Source: an uncultured Candidatus Micrarchaeota archaeon
GTDB lineage: Archaea > Micrarchaeota > Micrarchaeia > Anstonellales > Bilamarchaeaceae
Length of the DNA stretch: 64,000 nucleotides
Assembly (NCBI GenBank): GCA_903835385.1
Contig: CAILMQ010000046.1
Coordinates: 4,861 to 68,860, forward strand
Direction of reading: 5' to 3'
The notes under the pieces were generated by a model that was given only the letters and a program-made list of their open reading frames with translations, ran no database searches and was not told where the DNA came from. Positions within the stretch are counted from its first letter, which is position 1. Each line of letters opens with the position of its first letter. Below, piece by piece: positions 9,954-18,381 of this stretch. The translations under genes were made by a program, and so were the position numbers.

Positions 9954-12900
9954 CTACTTCTGCGGCATGAGCTGCTGGAGCTTGGCGACAAGCGCTTTCC
10001 TCAGGCCGTCTTCGCCTTTGTCGAACTTCACGGCCGGAGCCGCGCCCTTGGCGCCGGCAGTCACGGCCATGCCGAAGGACTTGCGCTGCGCGGCCTTGTC
10101 CGCGTCCGTGCCTGTCGCAAGCTCATAGACGTGGTCGAGCAGGTGCTGCTCCAGGTCGGTGATGCCGGCCCTCTTCATGGCCGCCTGCACCGCAGCTATC
10201 TTCGCCAGGTTCGCGGCCATGGTGTGGACGCTTGCCTGGACCTTGTCGTTCGCCTTCCAGAAGGCGGCCCTGGCCCCTGCGTCGTTCACTGCGTATTTCG
10301 CCTTGATGGCCGCCTGGGAGCCGGCCTCGCCGGCAGAGGGCTTGCCCTTGAGCGCGTCGATTTCCCTGTCGACCTGCTCGATGTTTCCCTTGAGGTCATT
10401 GACCTGGGATTCCAGCAGCGCCTTTTGGTCCCATTTGCCGTCTTTCTTGTTCAGGGCGTCGAGCTGCGCCTTCTTTTCCTTCATCTTCGCGTCAAAGGTG
10501 ATGCGGCTTTTCTTCAGCTCTTCTATCTTAGCCTCTTTCTCGGCTTCGGCCTTCTTGAGCTCCTGTAGCTTATCTTCCTTCTCCTGGTAGGTTGCCTTGG
10601 CCGTCTGCTCGGCCTGCCGCGTGCCCCAGTCGACTATGAAGCCCATCCTGACGGCCCGTGCGGACAGGCGGCCCGGCTTCTCGAGCGTGGGGTCGAAGTC
10701 CCATGCCGAAATGCCCGGGCTCTTCTCCTTGTGCATCCTGAGATCCTGCACGAACTGCGGGAGCGCCTCGGTCCTTATCACGTAGTCCGTCCTCGGCTGG
10801 GTGAGCTTTTCAAGCAGCGCTTTGACATCCTCATTGCCTTTCTTGGCCACGAATGTCGCATCCTCGGCGCCGAGGCCGAATGTTTCGCCGGCCCTTGCGC
10901 TCGCCGCGGTCGCCTTGTGCGCCTCGTGATCCGCCAGCTTTTCCTCGAGCAATCCCTTGGCCTGCGCCTCTTCGGCGATTTGCGCATACACGACATCGTG
11001 CAGCAGCCGCACCCGCTCTTCGCTTCCGACTGCGTTCCACAGCGTGGAAAGGTCTGCCGGATTTTTCGGGCCTTCCAGGTAGGCCTTCACGGAAATGAAG
11101 AAATCCGCCCGCTTCTCATCCTGTTTCGCGTCATTCTGCTTCCTCGCCTCGGCAAGGTGGCTGTCCACGTCGAACCGCCTGAGCACCGTGATTGCGGTGT
11201 CCCCGGTTTCCACGCATACCTCGGACATGTTGCCTTCGCCTGTGGCTGCCTGTATTCTCGCAATGGCATAGCCGACAAGGCGGTCCGCGTTGGTCGCATT
11301 TTCGCCCGGCTTGCAGGGCGCTATGTGCAGGGGCTCAGCGCCGAGCGAAGCCCATGCCGCCACCTGCCTGGACAGGACCGGATTGACGAAGAGGAAGTCC
11401 GCGTTGCCCTTCTCATGCACTCCTAACTGCGCATATTGCGCGTCCATGCGCCTCTGGACAAATCCCCTCCTCGCCCACTCGGGCTCGTTCTGCCTGAGCC
11501 AGGCGAGGGTCACGTGCGCGCCCCTGTTGTCGCGTTCCCACTTGTATTCGGCGGATTCCGGCTGGCTGGGCGCCGCCCTGGCGGCGCCTTCGGAAAGGCT
11601 CTTCACAAGCCCCACGAACGCGTCCGTGTGCGACGGGTCCAGGATGTTCGTTCCTGCGGAGACTTCGTCGGCCACTGTTGCGCGAGTCACGCCCATGACC
11701 GGCATGCCCGCGCTCTTCTTGTCATGCGCTATGGATGTTATCCTCCTGTTGCCGCGGCGGAGCTCGTCGAAATAGGTGAGCGCGGATGGAACCCTCTCGC
11801 CCTGCTGCCATGGGGACGGTTCGAGGTTTTCCTCCTGGAGCCATTCCACGGCGCGCGCCCTCTCTTTCGGAGTCATCGTCCTGCCGATTCCTAAAAGCGC
11901 GCCCAGCTCGTCTGAGCCGAACCTGTGCGGGTCTGCAAGGTCCTGCGGCAGGTCCTGCCTCATGGTTCCCTGGGCAACCTGTTCGCCGCCCTCGTTGCTG
12001 AAGTTGTAGCCCCAGTTCCTTGGGTTGATGACCTGCCTTTTCCAGCCGCTAAAAACCTCTCCGTGTATAGGATTGCACCACCTCGGGGCTATTATCATCT
12101 CATCCCTGCCCCGGGCAAGGTCGACTCCGGCAACAGCGGCCCAGACCGAAGCCCCGACCGCGATTTCACCGAAAAGCACGCCGGTCAGGCCCTGCCTCCT
12201 GTGGCTGAGCCACTCTCCCTTGGTTCTCATGAGTTCCCTGTCCGCTTCCATGGCTTCGTTCCTGAGCCTGCGGTAGGAATTCCAGCGCTTGACTTCTCTC
12301 GTGAGCGGGTTGCAGGGCCTTATGGCCGCCACTGCAGCGGCCCATTTGGCCGCGAGTTCGGCTTTCGTATCATTGCTGCCATAGTGCGCCACGAAATCAC
12401 GTGCGCACGCCACGCGCGCAGGCTTGTCCGTTGCCGCGTCGTATGCCCTGAGGAAAGCCAGCCTGTCCCTGAGGGAAAGCGAATATTCCGCGGCGAGCTT
12501 CCCGTAGTTTCCGAAGAGAAGGCCTTCTCTCCAGGCGTCCTGGAAATGCTTAAGCCTGCTCAAAACAGGATTCGCGACATACTTCAGGTACAGCCCGACA
12601 GGCCAGGTGACAACCGCGTGCCAGCCGTTTTCCGTGCCCCATTTGATGAACCGCAGCATCCTGAGCCACGCTTTTTTCAAAGATATCGGCTTTGCATTGC
12701 ATCTGCCTTCATAGACATTAAGCGCTATTATCCTCTCGTAAAGCGGAAGTTCGCCACGCGCCTGCCGTGCCGGGCTTTTCTCAAGCAGGTCGAGCATTTG
12801 CTCGGCAATGGCCCTGAGCGGATAGCGTATTTTATGCTCGAACCGGTCAATCGCCTTTGCCGCCCGGTCCTGGGCGTCGGTGCTTTCATCGGCATGCAGC

Positions 12901-14240
12901 GCCCTGACCCTCTGGACCAGTGCGCAGAGCTCGGTCTTCACTGCGCCGGTGACTGGGATTGCATCCAGTTCGTCGAGCAATCTCCCTATGACTGCAGCGT
13001 GCGCCTGTTTCATCTCGCTTCTTTCATTGGCGTCAGGAGCAGGGCCCAGCAGCGTTTCCCTGATTTTGAGCTCGCTCCTTATCCTGCTCATCAGGTCCGA
13101 AGCGCCCTGCGGCAGGACCGAGGATTGCACTCTCTCCAGGCGCTTGAGCATGACATCGAATTTCTCCCGGTCCGTGGCCTTAAGCATGTCACGCCGTATC
13201 CCATCCGAAAGTCTCTGTACGATGGGTTCTGCTTCTGCCGGACCCAGGCCAAGGCCGGGCACTCTGGAACTCGTATGCAACTGGTCTGCAGCTCCTGAAA
13301 GCGTTTCCCGCGCTGAATCCGAAAACACACGGACGAACCTGCCGACCGCCACGCGCCTCGTAAGGTAATCCTTTGCAATGTCCGGATTGAGCAGCATTGG
13401 AATTTCTTCCTTTTCTGTGCCGTACAGCCTGCGCCTTATCTCGTCAACGTCTGGATCGAATGAGCATTTCCCCGCGAGTTCCCTGAATACTGTGCCTATG
13501 TATTTGCCGGGCTCGGTTACATCGGGATCTTGGGCTTCCATCTCGAGGAAATTGAAGAACGCGTCCCTGGGGTTCGGAACACTGCCATGGGACCAGCCCT
13601 CCCACACCGAGGTCCTGGTATCCGGCACCACGTCCCTGCCAACGCATGCGAAATAGATTATTTCAAGATCAAGCATGTCAGGATTCTCAACCCTGCCGCC
13701 CTGCCTGAGGGCTGCGGCGAGTTTCTGCCTCCTTGCCGCTATCTGGACTCCATATGCCGTGTCAGGCCCTTCAACCGGAGTCCTAAAACTGACCGTTTCC
13801 TGCCTGAGGGTGCCGATTGCATCAGTTACCTGCACCCCCCGCCCGCCATTTTCTATGGCATCTATGAACTCCGGGGTGCTGAGCACCTGCAGGAGCTGCA
13901 TTCCCCCGTCGCCCGGCTCCCTGGACTGGCCGGTCCTGAGCGTGTCCAGGAACTCGTCATTGAACTTTGAAAAGTATCCGGAAGTCGCGGTCTCGTCGTG
14001 CCCGGGCTGTGCGATCTGCTTTCGCGGGCTGATTGGAGCCGGGGGCTGGCCCGTCTGTGTAGACTGGAGCACCTGCTGCACTGCGGCTCCGACAGCGGGG
14101 CCCATGGCTTCCGCGGTGAATTGCGCCTGCTTTCTTTTTGAAGCGTCGGTCAGGGGAACGTGCGACCAAACTGCCTTTGCCGCCATCGCTGCTCCATGCC
14201 CCAAGCGCTTCATGCCATGCCCTGTCTTGCCCGCCATCAT
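9954..14240 (-). CDS. Giant orphan protein, 1428 aa, first gene of the operon; one weak hydrophobic helix, long C-terminal Lys/Glu coiled coil
   Basis: ORF track. Hydrophobic GLTGVLFGEIAVGASVWAAVAGV near 12112-12195. Coiled-coil-like QEKEDKLQELKKAEAEKEAKIEELKK...NDLKGNIEQVDREIDALKG near 10340-10600. The 457-aa antisense ORF 11925..13298 is a shadow frame. Confidence 0.75.
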   Translation of the reverse strand: MMAGKTGHGMKRLGHGAAMAAKAVWSHVPLTDASKRKQAQFTAEAMGPAVGAAVQQVLQSTQTGQPPAPISPRKQIAQPGHDETATSGYFSKFNDEFLDTLRTGQSREPGDGGMQLLQVLSTPEFIDAIENGGRGVQVTDAIGTLRQETVSFRTPVEGPDTAYGVQIAARRQKLAAALRQGGRVENPDMLDLEIIYFACVGRDVVPDTRTSVWEGWSHGSVPNPRDAFFNFLEMEAQDPDVTEPGKYIGTVFRELAGKCSFDPDVDEIRRRLYGTEKEEIPMLLNPDIAKDYLTRRVAVGRFVRVFSDSARETLSGAADQLHTSSRVPGLGLGPAEAEPIVQRLSDGIRRDMLKATDREKFDVMLKRLERVQSSVLPQGASDLMSRIRSELKIRETLLGPAPDANERSEMKQAHAAVIGRLLDELDAIPVTGAVKTELCALVQRVRALHADESTDAQDRAAKAIDRFEHKIRYPLRAIAEQMLDLLEKSPARQARGELPLYERIIALNVYEGRCNAKPISLKKAWLRMLRFIKWGTENGWHAVVTWPVGLYLKYVANPVLSRLKHFQDAWREGLLFGNYGKLAAEYSLSLRDRLAFLRAYDAATDKPARVACARDFVAHYGSNDTKAELAAKWAAAVAAIRPCNPLTREVKRWNSYRRLRNEAMEADRELMRTKGEWLSHRRQGLTGVLFGEIAVGASVWAAVAGVDLARGRDEMIIAPRWCNPIHGEVFSGWKRQVINPRNWGYNFSNEGGEQVAQGTMRQDLPQDLADPHRFGSDELGALLGIGRTMTPKERARAVEWLQEENLEPSPWQQGERVPSALTYFDELRRGNRRITSIAHDKKSAGMPVMGVTRATVADEVSAGTNILDPSHTDAFVGLVKSLSEGAARAAPSQPESAEYKWERDNRGAHVTLAWLRQNEPEWARRGFVQRRMDAQYAQLGVHEKGNADFLFVNPVLSRQVAAWASLGAEPLHIAPCKPGENATNADRLVGYAIARIQAATGEGNMSEVCVETGDTAITVLRRFDVDSHLAEARKQNDAKQDEKRADFFISVKAYLEGPKNPADLSTLWNAVGSEERVRLLHDVVYAQIAEEAQAKGLLEEKLADHEAHKATAASARAGETFGLGAEDATFVAKKGNEDVKALLEKLTQPRTDYVIRTEALPQFVQDLRMHKEKSPGISAWDFDPTLEKPGRLSARAVRMGFIVDWGTRQAEQTAKATYQEKEDKLQELKKAEAEKEAKIEELKKSRITFDAKMKEKKAQLDALNKKDGKWDQKALLESQVNDLKGNIEQVDREIDALKGKPSAGEAGSQAAIKAKYAVNDAGARAAFWKANDKVQASVHTMAANLAKIAAVQAAMKRAGITDLEQHLLDHVYELATGTDADKAAQRKSFGMAVTAGAKGAAPAVKFDKGEDGLRKALVAKLQQLMPQK

Positions 14241-14264
14241 AATATGCCCACCTCTAGTAATCGT

Positions 14265-14272
14265 ATTTTATA
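14265..14272 (-). promoter_or_regulatory. TATA box (TATAAAAT on minus strand) upstream of the giant-protein operon
   Basis: Centre is about 28 nt from ATG 14240. A second TTTAAAAA lies at 14297-14305, and a GAGGTGGG SD-like motif at 14247-14254. It is unclear which box is used. Confidence 0.5.
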
Positions 14273-14359
14273 GCAAAAGATGTTTTATCGTAAACGCTTT
14301 TTAAATGTATCTGTATGTGGAAAGAACAGTAAATAGGGCATGTGGCCCGCGATGACGGT

Positions 14360-15763
14360 TCAGGACAGTATCCTTTCGGCCATCTTCTTCGCGTCGAAGC
14401 GCTCGATGTCCTCGTATTTCTGGCCCGTCCCTATGTAGATTATGGGGATGCCCGTGGCCTTGGACACGGAAAGCACCGCGCCGCCCTTGGGGTCGCAGTC
14501 CAGCTTCGTGAGTATCACGCCGTCCACGCCGATTTCGCGGTTGAACGAGGACACCTGGCCGATTATGGACGAGCCCGCTATGGACTCCCCGACATATATC
14601 TTCAGGTCCGGCTTTATGACGCGGTCCATTTTTTTCAATTCGTTGATGAGGTTCACGTTCGTGTCCTGCCTGCCGGCGGTGTCGATGAGCACCGCGTCCA
14701 TGCCATGGGCCCTGGCGTAGTTCACGGCGTCGTAGGCCACGGACGTGGGATCCGAGCCGTATTCCCTTTTTATGAGCCTGACGCCGAGCTTCGTGGCGTG
14801 GATTTCCATCTGTTCTATGGCCGCTGCGCGGAACGTGTCAGCCGCGGCGAACACGACCTTGCAATCGTTCTGCATGAGCATGTGCGCCACCTTGGCGATG
14901 GTCGTTGTTTTTCCTGCCCCGTTTATGCCCAGGAAAATTATTTTCACCGGCTTCTCCTTGGTTCTCACCTGCTCAAGGATGTCCAATGGCTCGCCCACCG
15001 ACATCGTGTCCAGCAGGGTGCTGGCCATGGCGTCCTTCACGAACTGGCTGAGCTGGCCCTTGCCCACCTTCGCGCCAACGAGCTTCTGCGCCAGTTCCTG
15101 CCTTATGGACTCGGCGACGCCCAGCTCCACGTCGCTTTCCAGAAGCTCCAGCTCGAAGTTCTCCAGAAGCGATTTCACGTCGTCCTCGGATATCTCGACC
15201 TCTCGCGTGACGAATGATTTTATCGCCTTCAGGGGGTTGAGCGAGACCTGGGATTTCTTTTCGCGCTCCTTCTCGTCATGGAATTGCGGGAGCGAGACGG
15301 CTGGTTCGGGTTTTTGCGTTTCGGTTTCGGGCTTGGGTTTCGTTTCTGTTTTTATTTCCGGCTGGGGTTGCGGTCTTGGCTTCGCCGCGGCCGCGATTTC
15401 GGGTTTTGGCTTTTGTTTTTCTATTTTCGGCTGTGGTTTTTTTTCGAACGCGATTGCGGGTTTTGGTTTTTCTTTTTCCATTGCGGGCTCTGGCGTTGTT
15501 TCTGTTTTCGGTTCCGGCTTTTGCTTTTCGATTTCCGGCTCCCGCTTCTTTTCGAACGCGATTTCGGATTTTATTTTTTCTTTTTTGATTTCAGGTTTTG
15601 GTTTTATTTCTGGTTCTGGTTCCGGTTTCGTTTCTACTTCCAGTTCTGCCTTAGTTTCAATTTCCGGCCCCGGCTGCGCCTCGGCCTGCTCGGCTTTCGC
15701 CTCCCCCTTGCCACTGAGGCCGTCGATGAACCCGCTTATCTTTTTCTTTAGGAAATCAAACAT
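14360..15763 (-). CDS. ftsY: Signal recognition particle receptor FtsY with about 170-aa Lys/Pro/Glu-rich N-terminal extension
   Basis: SRP54-type GTPase motifs (FLGINGAGKTTTIAKVA, DTAGRQ, TKLD). Sits at the end of the conserved pfdA-ftsY string. Confidence 0.95.
   Translation of the reverse strand: MFDFLKKKISGFIDGLSGKGEAKAEQAEAQPGPEIETKAELEVETKPEPEPEIKPKPEIKKEKIKSEIAFEKKREPEIEKQKPEPKTETTPEPAMEKEKPKPAIAFEKKPQPKIEKQKPKPEIAAAAKPRPQPQPEIKTETKPKPETETQKPEPAVSLPQFHDEKEREKKSQVSLNPLKAIKSFVTREVEISEDDVKSLLENFELELLESDVELGVAESIRQELAQKLVGAKVGKGQLSQFVKDAMASTLLDTMSVGEPLDILEQVRTKEKPVKIIFLGINGAGKTTTIAKVAHMLMQNDCKVVFAAADTFRAAAIEQMEIHATKLGVRLIKREYGSDPTSVAYDAVNYARAHGMDAVLIDTAGRQDTNVNLINELKKMDRVIKPDLKIYVGESIAGSSIIGQVSSFNREIGVDGVILTKLDCDPKGGAVLSVSKATGIPIIYIGTGQKYEDIERFDAKKMAERILS
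15415..15630 (-). repeat. In-frame 108-nt tandem duplication within the FtsY low-complexity N-domain
   Basis: TTTTCGAACGCGATT recurs at 15441 and 15549. The protein units are KSEIAFEKKREPEIEKQKPEPK and KPAIAFEKKPQPKIEKQKPKPE. Confidence 0.7.
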
Positions 15764-15835
15764 GCGCTACACTTCGTAACAGAAGCCAGATACCACACGG
15801 CTTGCGGAGCATCGGCCAGACCTAAGACGACCACA

Positions 15836-16013
15836 TGCCCGCTTCTTTGCGGGCACAATCATGTTGCCGAGCAACATGGTGCAATCGCATTCGTCGCAAC
15901 GAATGCGGTGCGCAATGAACGAAACGTCGTTCATTGCCGCCCCATTGTTCGAATCGTCGAACAATAGGGTGGGTCCCATTGTCCGAATCGTCGGACAATG
16001 CGGACGCACCCGT
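15836..16013. other. Array of six consecutive perfect hairpins / palindromes in the pfdA-ftsY spacer
   Basis: Stems read directly from the sequence. 15836-15855: 7 bp. 15860-15878: 7 bp. 15884-15909: 8 perfect bp, up to 11 with extension and wobble. 15912-15937: 11 bp. 15944-15965: 9 bp. 15977-16000: 10 bp, extendable to 15967-16011 with one C.C mismatch and an unpaired c16001. Loops are 4-6 nt. Confidence 0.8.
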
Positions 16014-16066
16014 AGAAAACAGAAAGAAAACAGCGGATCACCGGCTAATGAGAAGACAGAAATCAG
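16006..16066 (-). repeat. Dispersed 3'-flank element, copy 1 (immediately after the pfdA stop)
   Basis: Shares the core ACAGAAAGAAAACAGCG...ACCGGCTAATGAGAA...GAAATCAG with copies at 29821, 40688 and 57857 (reverse). The pyrimidine-rich strand is the gene-sense strand. Confidence 0.65.
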
Positions 16067-16509
16067 ATATAGTCTTCCTTGACCCCGGCTTCCACCTGGT
16101 TGTTGAGCCTGAGCTGCTGCTCGACATCCTGGAGATTGAGCATTACCTCGCGGAGCTTCCTGTTTATCTTCTCGAACTCCTCGTTGAGCCTTGTCACGGC
16201 CTGGCGCGTGGCGTCCACCCTGCGCTGGAGCTCGACGGCAGCTTCGCCCTTTTCCATGTCAATGGCGAACTCGGCGCCTATGGGCATTATCACGCGGGTG
16301 TCCTTTATCTCGGACCTCACGAAAACCCCGCCGCCGATGGGGGCGAGTATCTGCTCGGCCTTGAGCCCGTTGACGGACTGCACCGCGCTGGTGAGGTCCA
16401 TGGTGGTCAGCGAGACCCTTTCCATCTCCCTGCGGAGCATGGTGAGCTGCTCGCGGTAGACCGCGACCTCGTAATTCATCCTTACCCTGTTTTCCTCGAG
16501 CGAGGCCAT
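16063..16509 (-). CDS. pfdA: Prefoldin alpha subunit
   Basis: Length 148 aa and a coiled coil / beta-hairpin / coiled coil layout. Conserved position between LX and ftsY. TGA-ATG abutment with the upstream gene. Confidence 0.85.
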   Translation of the reverse strand: MASLEENRVRMNYEVAVYREQLTMLRREMERVSLTTMDLTSAVQSVNGLKAEQILAPIGGGVFVRSEIKDTRVIMPIGAEFAIDMEKGEAAVELQRRVDATRQAVTRLNEEFEKINRKLREVMLNLQDVEQQLRLNNQVEAGVKEDYI

Positions 16510-16692
16510 TCATCCACCTGATTTCTCGACGCGCTCTATTTCCATGCGGGAGCGCTTCACGCCGTTATTGGAACCGAAAAGCGCATAAGCCTTTTCCCGC
16601 GCCGCGTTCTCGGTCTCTGCGTCCAGGACCTTGGAGAACTTCCGCTCGCCGCGGCCGAGTTTTATTTTTCCGGAAACGTTCCATTTCATCAA
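16510..16692 (-). CDS. rplX: Ribosomal protein LX / L18Ae (eL20 family)
   Basis: 60 aa, ...KFSKVLDAETENAAREKAYALFGSNNGVKRSRMEI. Conserved position between aIF6 and pfdA. Confidence 0.8.
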   Translation of the reverse strand: MMKWNVSGKIKLGRGERKFSKVLDAETENAAREKAYALFGSNNGVKRSRMEIERVEKSGG

Positions 16693-16707
16693 ATCACCCC
16701 GAATGTT

Positions 16708-17370
16708 TCAAACATAACCCAATGCCGATTCCACGCGCCCAAGCTCGTGGGCGCTCGTCGCCTCGCCGGCGGCATAGCCGTGGCTGTTCGCGACCACTCC
16801 GAAGGAAACGAAGCCCGTTCCCATGTTCACGGTCCCGCGCTCGCCCTTCACCTTGAACGCGGACTCCAGCGTTTTCATGTCATCGTCGCTGGCCGCATAG
16901 TGCGCCAGGAACCCCCTGTTGCCCGCGAGGCAGGACGAGCCGACGGTGGCATAGTCGCCTATGCGCATGGGAACGAGCTCTATTCCCAGCGCGTCCTCCA
17001 TCTTCCTGCGCTCCGTGGCGTGTATGTGCGGGTTTACCACCCCGCCCTTGTCATTTATGGCAAGGTTGTTGCCGTGGGCGTTCTGCCTCTCCGGCGAATG
17101 ATAGACGTTCAGGCCGAAGGACTTGAACACCGCGGCCTCCTGGGGCGAGGCGATGTTCGGCATTATGACGCCGTTGTTGTTCATCGCGAGATAGACGCCA
17201 ACGAGGTTCGAGTCCCCCACCGAAACCCTGCGCACTTCCGCCTTGAGGCTTCCATGAAGGCCCGCGAGGAGCTTGTCCGGGCAGTCCAGCGGGGCAAGCA
17301 CCATGCTGTCGCTCGCCTTGACGAACATGCCTATCCACGGATTCCCGTAATATGAGCACCTCTCGCGCAT
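16708..17370 (-). CDS. eif6: Translation initiation factor 6 (aIF6)
   Basis: Pentein-repeat sequence (YYGNPWIGMF..., NLVGVY..., NAHGNN...). Start moved to Met35 of the ORF-track call, 7 nt after the L31e stop. Confidence 0.9.
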   Translation of the reverse strand: MRERCSYYGNPWIGMFVKASDSMVLAPLDCPDKLLAGLHGSLKAEVRRVSVGDSNLVGVYLAMNNNGVIMPNIASPQEAAVFKSFGLNVYHSPERQNAHGNNLAINDKGGVVNPHIHATERRKMEDALGIELVPMRIGDYATVGSSCLAGNRGFLAHYAASDDDMKTLESAFKVKGERGTVNMGTGFVSFGVVANSHGYAAGEATSAHELGRVESALGYV

Positions 17371-17377
17371 CTTGGAT

Positions 17378-17869
17378 TCACTTCTGCTTTTTCGCTTCTG
17401 TTGCAAGAGACGGGACGACAGCGGGTTTCGCCGCCGGCGCCTGGGGCCTCGCCGCAGGGGCCGTGCTGGCAACCGGTTTGGCTGCCGCGGGCGTTGCGGG
17501 CTTTGCCGCGGTGGCCGCAGTGGCTGCCGGCTTGGCTGCAGGAGCAGTTGCCGTCTTCGCCTTTTCTTCGGCTTCTTTCTTCACTTTTTTCTCGTCCTCT
17601 GTCGCCTCGTCCGGCAGATAGACGTGGGTGACGCCCTCCTTCCTTATGGCGCGGACCTTCACCCTGCGCGGCGGCTTCTGGATGCTGCGCTCCCACAGCT
17701 TGCTGTTGAGCGCGTTGCTCAGGAGCACGCTGTCGATTTCGGTTTTCATGTGCCTTGATATGAACTGCCTCAGCACCTTCACCGCGCGCGGAACCCTGTT
17801 CGTGCGCTTGTATTCGAAAGCCGCTGCCAGCGGCACCATGTATATCCTCTCGAGTTTTTCCTCTGCCAT
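17378..17869 (-). CDS. rpl31e: Ribosomal protein L31e with about 75-aa Ala/Lys/Pro-rich C-terminal extension
   Basis: The N-terminal 88 aa match eL31 (ERIYMVPL...PRAVKVLRQFISRHMK...WERSIQKPPRRVKV). The tail is KTATAPAAKPAATAATAAKPATPAAAKP... Confidence 0.9.
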   Translation of the reverse strand: MAEEKLERIYMVPLAAAFEYKRTNRVPRAVKVLRQFISRHMKTEIDSVLLSNALNSKLWERSIQKPPRRVKVRAIRKEGVTHVYLPDEATEDEKKVKKEAEEKAKTATAPAAKPAATAATAAKPATPAAAKPVASTAPAARPQAPAAKPAVVPSLATEAKKQK

Positions 17870-17873
17870 GGAA

Positions 17874-18038
17874 TCATCCCTCGTCCTTTATCCTGAGCTT
17901 GTCAGTGCGCCAGGCCCGCTTGCTGCGGTTCTGGGTGACCTTCCGTTTGGTCCGTATCATCACGAATGCGGGGAGCCTCCTGCTCTTCCTGCATGCCTTC
18001 GCGAGCCTTATCTTCTTCGCAAGCGATTTCTTTCCCAT
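17874..18038 (-). CDS. rpl39e: Ribosomal protein L39e (54 aa; below the ORF-track size cutoff)
   Basis: Manual translation gives MGKKSLAKKIRLAKACRKSRRLPAFVMIRTKRKVTQNRSKRAWRTDKLRIKDEG. Expected position between PDCD5-like and L31e, 4 nt from the L31e start. Confidence 0.9.
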   Translation of the reverse strand: MGKKSLAKKIRLAKACRKSRRLPAFVMIRTKRKVTQNRSKRAWRTDKLRIKDEG

Positions 18039-18059
18039 AGGACATCCACCTTCGTTTCC

Positions 18060-18368
18060 TCATTTCTTATGGAACGTTATTGACGTCTCCTTCTCCGTCC
18101 GCGCCTTGAGCGCCCGCAGCACCGTGAGGAGCTCCGCCTCCCTTATGGGGCGGCCGATGCGCTTGCACGCCATGAGCACCTGCTGCGCGGCCATGACGTA
18201 GAGCTCCTTGTTGGCCATCGCGACGTTGGTCATGCGGTCATAGGCGGCCGGGTCCAGCGCCCCGCGGAGCGCCTCCCTGAGCTGCTCCTCCGCGGCCTTG
18301 GACTCTGCGGCCTTGTGCCTTTCGGCCTGCCTCCGCTTCCTCGCCCCCTCCAGTTCGTCCTCTTCCAT
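18060..18368 (-). CDS. PDCD5/TFAR19-like DNA-binding protein
   Basis: ...ALDPAAYDRMTNVAMANKELYVMAAQQVLMACKRIGRPIREAELLTVL... Conserved position after S19e. Start moved to MEEDELEG. Confidence 0.8.
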   Translation of the reverse strand: MEEDELEGARKRRQAERHKAAESKAAEEQLREALRGALDPAAYDRMTNVAMANKELYVMAAQQVLMACKRIGRPIREAELLTVLRALKARTEKETSITFHKK

Positions 18369-18381
18369 TCTAATCCCCAGG

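Noticed and set aside
15250-15730. Periodic repeats suggesting a CRISPR array or satellite
   Set aside because: The repeats are in frame within ftsY, encoding KPE-rich protein repeats. There are no unique spacers.
15767-16082. 80-aa minus-strand and 73-aa plus-strand ORFs in the pfdA-ftsY spacer, and the idea that the spacer encodes the SRP (7S) RNA next to ftsY
   Set aside because: The ORFs are artefacts of the palindromes, which read open on both strands. The region consists of local hairpins with no long-range helix 5/8-type pairing and none of the conserved SRP RNA motifs I can recall.
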